NCBI RefSeq assembly: GCF_018350175.1
Contig: NC_058368.1
Span: forward strand, 1,240,001-1,304,000
Direction of reading: 5' to 3'
Source: Felis catus
Lineage: Eukaryota
DNA length: 64,000 nt
Below are positions 1-12,922 of this stretch, one piece after another (positions within the stretch are counted from its first letter, which is position 1; each line of letters opens with the position of its first letter). The position numbers and the translations under genes were made by a program. The notes under the pieces were generated by a model. That model was not told the origin of the DNA. It did no database searches and saw only the letters and a program-made list of their open reading frames with translations.

Positions 1-1143
1 AGGGGAACTCCTGGAAGTCCTGTTCTCCAATTGCTCGGGTGTGGGCTGGAGTGCCCTCAGGCCAAAGCAGTAGCATGGTTGACATGATTTTTCTGACCTC
101 CCAGAGGATTCCTCCTGGCCTCCTTGTTGGGTTGGTTGCTGACCAAGTTCTATGTGCCTCAGTGCCTAGTAGCTGGCCTACCTCCGCACGCACTGCCGTG
201 TCATCCGGACAGGGCATAGGCCTCGCGGACCCAGGCATCAGCATTGCAGCTTCCCCAGTCCCTTCTACGCCTAGTTAAAGGCCCCAACCTATTATTAGAC
301 CTTCCTCGCTGAGCACTTTTCTGTCCCTTCATTGGTTGTTGAAGAAGAAGCCTCACACCCTTTTTGGAAACTCATCCTAACCCAGTCTTGCCTGTGATTA
401 GGACTGACTCAGAAGTAAAAATGCTTGCTGAATCACCACCACTTCCTAGAACACCCTAGCATTTTCATTAATTAAGGCCTCCCTGCCACATGTTGAATCA
501 CTCCAGCCTGGGATCTGAAATTAGGGTGCGCCCCAGGTGCAAGGGGCTCTTTAATGAGCACAACTCCGTCTGTGCTTTACTGGGACTCCGGAGCACAGGG
601 CTCTTCCCGCCCTTCTCCTTCGGTGGCTGCGTCCTCCAGACAGGAGGACGTGCGAGCATGTGGTACAAGACCAGTGTCCTTCTATTTGCCTTGGCATAGA
701 CATTTCAGAATTCAAACTCACATACTCTTGGCGTTGTAATGGTGGTTTTTATTTTTTGTCTTTTTGTGTTTTGAAAGTACTTCCCTCTCAAACAAGCTTT
801 AGTTAAAGCCACTGGTTCTACTCCATTTTGAAACCAGGCAATGTCCTTACGTTGAGTGTCAGTTGCTGAAATACTAGGAAAGCTTCACGTAATTTACCAG
901 GTACATAAAAGTTTGCTTGGGCATATATTCGAAGTGACTTACACGTGTGAAGGCCACAAAAGACTAAGGGCTTTCCGATCCTGATGGGGCCCCTTGCGGG
1001 CTGTCTTACTTTGGGAGCGTAGTTTGCTCATCTGTAATGAGGGGCCGCCGCTGTGGTAATAGCAGCACAGAGGTGAAACTCAAGCGAGAAGGAACAACTG
1101 TATCTGTGGAGGCCTACTCTGCGTCGGCTACCCGGCCAAGTGC

Positions 1144-1250
1144 TTTTCACATTGATATTTTATTTTAATTAATTAATTTATTTATTTATTTTTCACGTTG
1201 ATATTTTATATTTATTTATTTATTTATTTATTTTTCACGTTGATATTTTA
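1144..1250. repeat. Three copies of ttttcac(a/g)ttgatatttta separated by (TTTA)n
   Basis: Copies at 1144-1162, 1190-1208 and 1232-1250. Confidence 0.9.
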
Positions 1251-2793
1251 AAAAATGAGTCTGAATGCTTAAAAAGTCAATGCAAGTGTTGGTTATTATA
1301 AATTGTGTAACCATGGGAGAAGTCTGCTTATCTCTCTGAACTTAATTTCTTCATCTGTGAATCCAGAATAATGCCACCAAACTCAAAGGGTGTGTCAGGC
1401 TCACATGGAATTATCCAAGTAAAGGTGTTGGGTGAAACTTATAAAGCAGCTTACAAGTGTTAGATATTATTATCGGTGTTGATGATAAACCTTTAAATAC
1501 CTGCTCACAAATGAGTTCGACAGTCTTCTTCAAGGGATATATCTCTCTAATCTGGGTGGCGGTGGGGTCAATGACAGTGTGGCAGAGTATCTATGTATCC
1601 TTCTATCCAACCCAGCCTGTAGCTACACCCTCTGATTAGTCCACACTGGCAATTTTCGAAGGGACTCAGAGCTCAGACCGGCACTGCTGGTGGGCCCCTG
1701 GGGCTGCCATCGCCAAGTCTGGAGGCAGAGCTCTCACGCTCTGAAAATTGGCATGAGCGTTTTTCACGGTGTTTGTGTTTTGTTTTTAGAACCACGCATG
1801 CTTTGAGATCTTTTATCTTAAGACTCCTGATGGCTGTGAAAGAAATGCAAGTAGCCACTCTTGTGCTAGTCGCTCTACAGTGAGTAGTTTGTACCACGTG
1901 AAGTCAGCTCAAGAAATTTTAGGTTCCCGCCTGGAGGGTACCAGGGTCCCTGCTCACTTTCTTATTTCTAATTTCTACTGCTCGGGCTTGGAAGGTAGTC
2001 CTGTTTGGGTCTTCTTCTCTGTCTCACCAAATTAATCTGTTGGCAAGTTCTGATGATTAGTAGTACATTTTTTCGTACATATTTCTGCCTCTCTTTCACT
2101 AAATGAATTTGGCCCCATGCCACTGCATCTGATCATACCAGTAGTTTCCAGAGAGCGTCCCCCTCTCCCTTCGACCTTTCTTCTACAACCGTCCCGGAGT
2201 CAGAGTTATCTTTCTGGAGCCCTGCTTGGATTGCGTGCCTCTCCAGCCCTGCAACATTCAGTGGCTACCCGTTGCCTGCAAGACAAACTCCATCCTCTTT
2301 GCCTTTCTGCTTACCAGCCCCGGCCCCCTCCCCCCACTCTTCCAGCAGCCTCTAATACATACCCCGGCTTCTTCCTTTCCCTTTGCTCATGTCATTCCTC
2401 TACGTGAAATGTCCCCCTCCCATTTCCGTCTCACCCCCCACAGGGAGTTGTGAGCAATCTCTGCTTCCTTTGCTCTCATCTTCCTCCGCAAGGTCTTAGA
2501 GACCAGGACTGAGCTTCACAGGTCTTGAAGCCTCCTGCAGAGCTTTGTTGGGACGGAGCTGATGAATCTAGAATTATTTGGTGTTCTTTCGGCTCGTTCA
2601 TCCTTGGGGTCAACTGGGTCTTCTCATGAACCTTCTGGGCCTTCTGTACCATTCTCTGCACAAGCATAAGTAACTCAGAATCAAAAGTGCTGGACAGTTG
2701 CCGGTTCTCGTCTGTTTTCCTTCTTTTTTGGGCAGGATCACATCTTAACTCTGTTCTGACTTCGTTAAGTTACCCCTTGTTAAATGGAGCACA

Positions 2794-3420
2794 CTGTGCC
2801 AGAATGTGAGCTGCAGTTTGACCACAGACCACAAGAAAAATTGAGATAGAGAAGCTTATTATCCACAGGTCGCGAGGCATGTGCACAGCATGCCTCGAGG
2901 GGCTACACAGGGAAGTCAAGTCAGGGTACAGGCAGAGAGAGAGGCAGGACCTGAGGCACCTGTCTTTATTAGGGCCCGTGGATGGAGTTCTTTGGGTCTC
3001 TTGGGCTAAGGCTGGACTGGTCAATTCAAACCCAAAAGAGCCGAGTTTTGGTAAGCTCCATGGGGGTCTTATGTCTGGGGCCCATAAGGGGAAGGCCCTG
3101 GGAGGTAGGGTGACTGTTTATCGCAAAGCCAGGAAAGTCATGGCCGGGCTGCTGTTTAGGGCATGCATGCACTTGCACGAGGGGCTAGGGTCAGTTTCAA
3201 GCCCCCCACGGGCCAAGCAAAATAGTTGCTGAGGCAGCAGTACCCTGAGTAGCTTAGCTAAACCCTTGAGGATCTCCCAGGCCAATAAACAAAATGATTT
3301 CCCCATTCATTACTAAGCAGAAGGAGCCCAGAAGAAATCGTTTAAAAAAAAAAAAAAAGACTACAACAACAACAGGTGTTAATTCCCTGTTTCTCATAAA
3401 CATGTTGACTTTGCTACATT
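2794..3420 (-). mobile_element. Ancient ERVL-class solo LTR (MER74/MER73-like)
   Basis: tgtgccagaatgtgagctgcagtttgacc...gcatgcctcgaggggctacacagggaag resembles the MER74 family; minus-strand AATAAA at ~2965. Confidence 0.55.
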
Positions 3421-3798
3421 CCTAGAGCATTGGAGCACCTTTTTGGAAACTCAAAGGTAGTAAAAGACTCCTAAGAATGAAAATCCTATGAAAAAAAATT
3501 CTGTTTATGATTTTAAATTTCTTGTACCATTTATACAGCTGGAAGTTTGCTGGCTGTTGGGAGAAAATTCTTCCAAGCCCCCATATGCTTCTGGATATAG
3601 AGGGTATGGTTATTATTAAAACTTTTGCCTCTGTTTGGGATATAAATGAAAAGTAGTCCAGATTACTAGAATGAATTCTAATTGATACCAGCTTTGGGAG
3701 AATTAACAACAGAGGAACATAGAGACGTGAGCCTTTAAGAGCTGGCCATGGGAGGTTCCCTTTGCCCCTACCATTTTTATCACTATTCCTGGCAATTA

Positions 3799-3972
3799 TT
3801 TTTGTTTTGTTTTGTTTTGTTTTTAGTGGGGGAAGGACAGAGGGGGAGAGACAGAATCTTAAGCAGATTGCACGCCCGGCATGGTGACTGATGTGGGGCT
3901 CAGTCTGACGACTGTAAGATCATGACCTGAGCTGAAATCAAGAGTCAACTGACTGAGCCACCCAGCCACCCC
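3799..3972 (-). mobile_element. Older Can-SINE (SINEC)
   Basis: tRNA-derived head, (CT) tract and A tail; imperfect TSD tcctg(g/a)caat(t/a)att. Confidence 0.85.
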
Positions 3973-4399
3973 TCCTGACAATAATTTTTATTTATAATAT
4001 TCTACCTGGTATGGGTTACAGGGAGAACTATAAATATTTCTGAGACTCGGAAAGGTCACTTCTAGCCACTTGAACAGGAGGCAGAGTCACTTTCTGGTAC
4101 TTATTCCCTAAATGACTTGATCTGACTTGAACATGATTGTTTTTCTTAGGGCAGGGAAAGACTCAGCTGTGTGTTCAGACTTGTCTTATTAGTTTAATGT
4201 TTATGGTTAATACACATGGGCTTAGGAATTTATTTTGGTGCATTATAGCACTAATAAAATAGAATAGAGACATTAATAGTGTTTGATGTGTTTCAGAGTT
4301 CAAAATACTTCTAAACATACTGTGATCACAATCAGTGTCTTTCAGTGGGGAACATCCATTGTCTCTTGTGTTGAGAAAAGAGATGTCTCTTTTCTCACT

Positions 4400-5130
4400 T
4401 TGAAAAGTTATGGTAAAATACACATAACATAAAATTTACCATAGTAACCATTTTTATAATTTTTTTTTTTAAATCAACGTTTATTTATTTTTGGGACAGA
4501 GAGAGACAGAGCACGAACGGGGGAGGGGCAGAGAGAGAGGGAGACACAGAATCGGAAACAGGCTCCAGGCTCTGAGCCATCAGCCCAGAGCCCGACGCGG
4601 GGCTCGAACTCACGGACTGCGAGATCGTGACCTGGCTGAAGTCGGACGCCTAACCGACTGCGCCACCCAGGCGCCCCAGTAACCATTTTTAAATGTACAT
4701 TTTTAAGCACATTCACATTATCTTGCAACCAACACCACCATCCATCTCCAGAACTTTTCTTAATCCCCAGCTGAAACTGTTAAACAATTACTCCCCATCC
4801 CCCCATCCCTGGCCCCTGGAAACCATCATCCTACTGTCTGTCTCTCTGGATTTGACTGCTCTAGGTGCATCCACAAAAGTGGAATCGTACAGTATTTGCC
4901 TTTTTGTGGCTTATTTCACTTAGTGTTCTCAAGTTTCATTCATGTTGTAGCATGTGTGAGAATTTCCTTCTTTTTTAGGTAAAGTAATATTTCATTGTAT
5001 GGATGTACCACATTCTGTTTATTCATCCATCGGTTAATGGATACTTGGGTTGCTCCTGCCTTTTGGCTATTGTGAATAACGCTGTTATGAGTTCCCATGT
5101 TATGTCATGGGTGTTCAAATAGCTATTCAA
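4400..5130 (-). mobile_element. Old L1 (L1MA/MB-type) 3' end, interrupted by a SINE
   Basis: Typical reverse L1 3'UTR text (cataacataaaatttacc...ggctattgtgaataacgctg). Confidence 0.8.
4457..4677 (-). mobile_element. Young felid SINEC_Fc
   Basis: CpG-intact consensus-like body; TSD agtaaccattttta at 4443-4456 and 4678-4691. Confidence 0.95.
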
Positions 5131-5835
5131 ATTGAAATCTTTCTTTAGGAAAAGGCAGGGCAAATGGGAAAAGGTTATGCTTTCTTGAGCTATTGTGACT
5201 CAAAATTGCCCTAAACCCATTTTTCAGGTTTTAAAAAGTAGATATCGCAATTAATAAGGAACTGGAAAAATTAAAGTGGACTATATTAGGTGATTTCCAC
5301 CCCCCCCCCAACATAAGGAAATAAAATCAAATAACACTGAATCTTTAAAGATTTGCTGTGTTAATGTTAGATGATGAATTGAAAAAATTTTTCAAATAAC
5401 ACATTCACCTACCCATACAGATGAATGTTGAGTAAGAAATAATCTCACCATGGCATTTACGGTCCTAGATAGTAAGATTTCAAAATTCAAGTGACAGAAT
5501 ACTTAAATCTAAGGGAAAACCTAAATGGGAAATTTGTGGAAAACCACTGACTATGAGCCATGAGATTACAGAAGTTTGCTAATATTGCCTATTATACTCT
5601 TTCGCAGAGGAAATATTATACGTTTATGTGTGAATTTTTGGTTTTCATTTTTTATGGTTACCCTGACAAAACAACAATGGCTAGGTATCTACAAATTGGA
5701 AATACAAACCCAGAGCAATGGAAGCAATAGGGTTTTTAGGAAGGGGTAAGTGTGGCTGTTCCGGTGTAGAGGTTTTGTAAGAAACGCCCCACAGGCCCAG
5801 AGGGAAGCCACGGGGATGGGAAGGATGCCGTGCCC

Positions 5836-5866
5836 TGTAGTTACCCTTGTTGGCAGCAGATGGCAG
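5836..5866 (+). promoter_or_regulatory. Candidate CTCF site with upstream motif
   Basis: TGTAGTTACC upstream element + core GCAGCAGATGGCAG (1 mismatch to CCASYAGRKGGCRS). Confidence 0.6.
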
Positions 5867-6164
5867 CAGAGAGAGGCTTTGCACACCTCTGGGGGTTCTG
5901 GTCTGGACTGAGGGCTTCTGAGAAAAGGTTCAGTCAGTTATCACATCAAATAGTAGAAAAGGTCTTTGATAAGTTATTCAGCTTCTCCAAGAAATGGAAA
6001 AAGCCAAAGTAACCACGTCGCAGGTCTTTTCCTGGCCAAAGACAGCCATCTTTCATGATTTAGCTTTTTGTTTCTGAAGGCCCCCAAAACAAACCATTTC
6101 ACACTCTGGACTTTCGGTGGTGCTTTGGTGTTCCTGCCTCACCCAGCTGGTTCCACACTGTACT

Positions 6165-6366
6165 TTTTTTGTGTGGTTTTTTTTTTTTTCTTTAATGTTT
6201 ATTTATTTTTGGTGGGGGAGGGGCAGAGAGTGAGGGAGACAGAGGATCCGAATCGACCTCTGCACTAATAGCAGAAAGCCCGATATGGGGCTTGAACTCA
6301 CGAGCTGTGAGATCATGACCTGAGCGGAAGTGGGTGCTTAACTGACTGAGCTGCCCACGTGCTCCC
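6165..6366 (-). mobile_element. Can-SINE (SINEC)
   Basis: SINE body and T tail; TSD a(c/t)actgtact. Confidence 0.85.
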
Positions 6367-6599
6367 ATACTGTACTGTTTTGTATGGCAACCGCCTCATA
6401 CGCCTCTGTCCTCCACATTGCGACCCTTTAAAATCATCTTTGCATTTGCCAGAGGCTTAGACAATGCTCTGCACATAGAAGGAGCTCAATAGATGTGTCT
6501 TTTTTTAAATGGATAATGAAATGGTAAATATTATTAAATATTTTTGTAAGATACTTCACAAAGTTGGTCATAATGTCCATGCTATTAAGATGAAAACTT

Positions 6600-6915
6600 G
6601 TGAATTAGATGCAGCTAATTCACTCCAAACTCAAGTTATGCTGGTAGATGGACTGACATGAGTTGGAAGGAAATCTTGGGTGGTGTTCCATATACAACAT
6701 TTTTATTGGCTTAAGTAACTATAGAGAAAGCAGGCTAATTAAACTGACACATGACATAAAGTTGGAAAGAATTGCCAATAAACTGAATACAGGGCTCAGA
6801 AAGATCTGGATGGACTAGAGGGATGAGCCAAAATCAGCAAGATGAAATTCGACAGGGAAAACGTTAGAGGCTTGTATTTAGGTTGGAAAAATCCATGTGA
6901 CATGGAGTATAAATT
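6600..6915 (+). mobile_element. L3/CR1 LINE reverse-transcriptase fossil
   Basis: Decayed translation NIFI...LIKLTHDIKLERIA...QKDLDGLEG*AKISKMKFDRENVRGLYLGWKNP follows the CR1 RT pattern LIKFADDTKLGG...DLDRL..WA..N.MKFN..KCKVLHLG..N. Confidence 0.75.
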
Positions 6916-7427
6916 TTGATAGGAGGTGGGAGGCAGTGGGAAGAGAAGGGGAGGGGGAGTACTCTGTGAAAACTTGGAAACAGAGCGACTGTTCATGGAC
7001 AAGGTGGCGGTTCAACAGTTTGTGTCTCCGTCATTCTATGGAATATTGTACATTTGTTAAAAAAAAAAACAAAACAAGTTAGATCTATACATACCGACCT
7101 GGAAAGATTTCCAAGACGTATTACAAGATGAGAAGCTACCACGGAAAAAAGTATGTAAGAAATGCAAACCAAAGTAGTTATGTATGTATATCTCTGTATC
7201 TATATACATCTGCCATTGCATAGAAAAAAGATTGGAAGGATGTACATTGAGGTCTTAATACTGATACTTCTGAGTAGGACTATGAAATGAGACTTTCGCT
7301 TGACTTTATATACTTCTGCGTTTCATTTTAAATGCAAATGTATTTGTATATTAATTCTGTAATTACATAAATCATCTTGTAACTGAAAGTGAGGAAAGGT
7401 GACGAGGCCGTTAAAAATCTCCCTCAA

Positions 7428-7656
7428 GGGGGGCCTGGGTGGCGCAGTCGGTTAGGCGTCCGACTTCAGCCAGGTCACGATCTCGCGGTCCGTGAGTTCG
7501 AGCCCCGCGTCGGGCTCTGGGCTGATGGCTCGGAGCCTGGAGCCTGTTTCCGATTCTGTGTCTCCCTCTCTCTCTGCCCCTCCCCCGTTCATGCTCTGTC
7601 TCTCTCTGTCCCCCCGCAAAAAAATAAAATAAAAACGTTGAAAAAAAAATTAAAAA
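7428..7656 (+). mobile_element. Young felid SINEC_Fc
   Basis: Consensus-like body; TSD aaaaatctccctcaa at 7413-7427 and 7657-7671. Confidence 0.95.
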
Positions 7657-8020
7657 AAAAATCTCCCTCAAAATTAACGTGTGATACTGCGTCTAGAATA
7701 GTCACCCCAATGCTGGGCCACGCTGGAGTGCTGCACCTAGTGCTGGGCACCGTCCGCCTTCTGGAAGACACTGAGGGGGAGCCTAGCGACCCCTGGCACA
7801 CTTATCCCTGCTTGACTGCCAGAGGTTAGAAAATGTGTTTTGTTCTCTCTTATTTGCTTGTACCTCGTAGGTTGGTACACAGTAGTTGCTTCATATTGGA
7901 TGAACCAATGAATGACTGAGAAATGTGGGGCTATATAGCTGGAAAATAAAGTTGAGGTTGAACTTGGATCTGTTCTCAGCTCTTTAAGGTTCTTAAGTGG
8001 AAAATAGACTTCCTCTGGGT

Positions 8021-8034
8021 CCACCAGAGGGCAG
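8021..8034 (+). promoter_or_regulatory. Candidate CTCF site
   Basis: CCACCAGAGGGCAG, exact match to CCASYAGRKGGCRS. Confidence 0.6.
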
Positions 8035-8179
8035 AACAGATGCTGGAAAGCTGGTGTTATAAACAGGCAGATTTCTGCACAATAGGGAATTCTTCTGATG
8101 GCCTCCAGCCCCCTCCTTCTTTGGCCTCATCTCCTCCCAGTCTCTCCCTGACTCTGGTGTCCCGGCCTTTCTCTTCCTG

Positions 8180-8480
8180 GATGACTCTTCCCTGAGATAT
8201 CCGTTTGGCTTGCTTCTCTTATGCCTCTTAGCAGAGAGGCCTTCCCTGGCCACCCTACATCGAACAGCGATTCTCATTGTCCCTGGCCCTTCCTAGTTCC
8301 CGTATGCACAGAAAGTTCCGTTGCACTTATCTGCAGCATATATAATCGACAGGGATTTGTTTGTAGCCTGCCTCCTTCAACATGAAGGCAGAGATTTTGT
8401 TTTGTTCGCAGTCCCGGTGCCCAGTAGCTCCTGGCACTCCGCTGGCCCTTGGTAAATATTGGCTGAGTAAATGAATAATT
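8180..8480 (+). mobile_element. L2 3' fragment
   Basis: L2-like end (gagaggccttccctggccaccct...ggtaaatattggctgagtaaatgaat). Confidence 0.6.
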
Positions 8481-10762
8481 CGAGATGCGCAGGAATGGAA
8501 TGGAGTGTCTCTAGAAGTCAGGACTTCTTCTTAACCCTATCAGCACTGGGGAAGATGGGGCGTCCCTATGGTGTTGGCTACTAGCTTCAGGAATTAAATG
8601 CACTGGGAGAATTCTGGAAGTCCAACCCTCACCCTTTGTGTGATAGGACTGTCTGCTCGTGGCCTTTGAGTATGATATATTACCTCCCCGAAAGGCACGT
8701 TCCTGGTCCATTCAATAGGAATAATACTACCCGAAGGCCTAAGACTGCCAGAGAATCTGTGAGGATTAAATGAGATCATATGCATAAAACACGTGGCAAC
8801 AGAGACTAACTAGATGAATGGACGCTTTATGACCCTGTTGACTTTTCTTTAATCATAGACTAACATAACTGTCGGAACCCTACCTTTTTATGTCATGACT
8901 TTTGCACCTAGCCTCTCCTCTCTCTCTATTGTGCTTACATCAGATTTAGTACAAATGTGCCACTTTTTTTCCAGCTTCCAGTTTGTCAAGCTCTGCTTGA
9001 GTCATTTCTATCTAAAATACCACCCATCATCTTTCCAGCTTGGGATCTATCTCATGGAACACGCATGGCAATATGTTACTTAGCACTTCACTACGTAGAA
9101 AGCTTCTACAGAAATTGTCTTACTTAGCTGCCATTAACCTTGGAAAGTACCAGTAAGCCCACTGTAAGATGAGAGAACTGAGGTCCGGAGAATTAAGTGA
9201 GCTCTTGCAACACCCACCAGACGCCCCTCTTGGCACGTTGCCTGCTGCTGTCTGGTTGACTGCTGAGGTCGGTGACAGCAGTGATGGTCAGCTCGGGCCA
9301 GGCCACCCTGGAGAATACTGCCTGCGTCCTCCTGAGTCGGCCCTCATTCACTCACTGCCAATTGCCACCCGCCTTTTGACAGTTGCGCATCTACGGAAGA
9401 GTTGAGACCACGAGTGCCAGCTTACTAGCAAACCTTGTGCCAGATAAATTGGCAGCCGGGCCGCACCCACCGTTTCACAAGCTTCCAAGGTCAAATACGT
9501 GGATGCCCAGCCAGTGCGGAGGCCCTCCTGGAGGCTGGCCAATGGCCTTGATGCAATCAGGCCGGCCCAGGGTCTTTTGGTGGTCCCTTTTGAAAAACAA
9601 AAACAAAAGCCCCAAACAGAGGTTTTTCTTACCTAGCACAAATGATAAATTTGAGATATGTACTGAGGATTAAATTCATGTTCAAAGTTCAAGCTCTAAT
9701 TTTCAGGTGTGTGGCCAGACCGCTCTATAAGCTCTTCAAAGTGGTCAGTAGTGATCTGGAATTATTTTGGTCTAGTCTTTTAAAACGTTGAGAGTAATAA
9801 CCTTCACAGCTTATAAGAATGAACACATCTATCTTAAAAATAATGTGCCGTTTTAACAGCCTGTGTGCAGAGCACTTTGGAAGATGACCAGGGACTATTT
9901 TTCTCTTTTCTATTACCTGGATGAAAGTTGGCTGATTTTTTTGTCCTCTTAAATCCATTTAGAAAGCGAGCGCATGGCATACGGTTCTCCATAAAAAAAC
10001 ATTCCTAAGTATTTATGTGTAAAATGCTGAGGTCCTCGGGCTCAAGTTTCCTCTTACTGAAAAGCCAGAGCCGCTGTTGGCCGGCTGGGGGAGAGCCCCT
10101 GGAGGCAGGCAGGCCCGCAGACAGCAAGCACTCCCACACACAGGACAGGCTGGCCTGGCCTGCCTACGGGCTTATTTCCCATAGAAATGGGCGATAAGGA
10201 ATGCAGAGCAGCTTCATCAGACCAGATTCGATTACCTGCAAATATACAGAAAGTACATCTCCCAGAAAAGACCCCTTATAGAATTTTTCTCATGCCTCAG
10301 CCGAACTTCACCATGAATGACATTTTCGGCTCCCGTGATTCTTCTAGGAGCCAAACCGGTCACGTGAACCCAACTTGGCATCCTGCAGGTTACAAATCCG
10401 GTCCACACGTCGTGCTGCACGTGTGTTTGTCAAAAGCCTGTTGGAGGTGAGCATGCGGCTGGACAAAAATACTCTTTCCCCCTCTCCTGTCAATCTTTCT
10501 GGTGACAGAGGCTTTCCTGTACCCGGGCAGAAGAATCCCAGAATGGTGGATGGACACCCTGGTAATTTACCGAGTTGGCGTTATAAAATATAAAATATTA
10601 ACATAGAACACTGGCTATGGGTTAAAATAAAACCTGCTCTTCTATTAAAAACTGTAAGAGATTTTAAATAGTTATTTTACGAATTAATTATATTTAATAT
10701 TTTAAATGACATTTGAGACATTACAAAATTATTTAGTTACAAGCATGGAATTAAAGCTATGA

Positions 10763-10768
10763 TTTATT
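10763..10768 (-). terminator. GJB2: GJB2 polyadenylation signal AATAAA
   Basis: Plus-strand tttatt in AT-rich context ~1.37 kb after the stop codon, a typical Cx26 3'UTR length. Confidence 0.75.
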
Positions 10769-12133
10769 ATTACAAAATGTTTTTACAGTGCTATTCTTGG
10801 CGACAGAAAAGTGTTTACCCTCACGAAAGTATGTCGAGTACCATTTTTTGGAAACCATGTCAAGCACAGTGATAATATTAGGGTCCAGTTTGTCCCATAG
10901 AACACCTAAATATTTATCTAAACTCTAATTTCTATTGAAAAACAAATGCCTACCAATTCTATTTTCACTTAAGAAAACCGGATGCTAAAGAGGGAAGCAA
11001 ACTTTTGAAGTAGACGAAACTCATTTTTAATCATTAGAATTTCGAGTCCATCTAAATTCTTTAAAATTTTGTTTCCATCTATTCTTTGCAAACAGTAACT
11101 ACCACTCCCCCCATTTTGTTCTGCACCATTAAATTGTACTGTGGCAATGAAGCACTCCCAAGCAGCCTCTTTAAGCCAGTGCTCCCACTGTTGACCACCG
11201 TAATGGAAAGGGCAAACACTGTAGAGAGGGTGGCTTGCCCCAGCCTGTAGTCAGTAGTAGCTGGTGGTCCATCCAGCGTGTACTTCTCATGCAGAATTAC
11301 ACCTAAGGTTTTGAAATAAGGCTCTTTGCTAATACAAGCCACCCCTAAGAACTTGTAGTTCGTTTCACGTGTGAGAGGCTGAAATGCGTTTACGGGCTAC
11401 ATACCACAATGAATACAGCCACCAGCCTCGCAGGGGCGCTGCAAATTACTCATAACTGAAAGGCTCTATTTTAAACTCAATGACAGTATCTAATTGCACA
11501 CCGTTTGCATATCAGAATCTGAGCCTTTGAAACAGGGTGAACATATCACGGTTTTCAGAACATCTTACGGATCAAAAGAACATCTATCCCATTTTAAAGT
11601 TTTCACTTAAAAAAGCACAACAGAGTTTGAAGCGTTAGATAACCCTGTCCATTGTTACAGACTAAAACTCCCCAAGCGAATAAAAGAACCAAGAATCTCT
11701 ATGTTCACCTTTAATTCAGGGAAAACGGCAAAGAGACCCTTAAGGAGATCAAGCAAGCCTTCTCAGCATCCTCTTTAGAACCTGGCGTTTCTCTCCTTTC
11801 CTCCAAGAAAGAGAAAGAAATGCTGATGTCCTTTGTTTAAAATAGGAGACAGCCCACACCCACAAGCCCTAGCGGCCCGGGGCCTCACTGGAACTAATTT
11901 TAGTGAAAATCAGCATGGGCACAGAATCATGCCTTTGTTTTCAAGCTTTAGGAGAGGAGAGCTCTGGTGGAGGCATCTGGAGTTTCACTGACATCCAGAG
12001 CAGTTTCAAATGGTTGCGTTTAAGATAGGAATCTGTATCTCGGGAAATGCTGGTGACCGTGCCTTGACGGCAAAGCACCTGTCTGTGCCTCCTCCTTTTC
12101 ACCCTCTCTTTTATCCACTGGCTGGGTAATGCG

Positions 12134-12922
<789 letters not shown>

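Noticed and set aside
1..330. Minus-strand reading frame running off the window start (MLMPGSARP...), possible processed pseudogene
   Set aside because: No parent protein recognised and it is truncated by the window edge; needs BLAST.
7389..7829. Recurrent GWRSRLGVRLQPGHDLAVREFEP / MAQSV-type ORFs
   Set aside because: Translations of SINEC bodies; the tRNA-like heads are SINE-derived, not tRNA genes.
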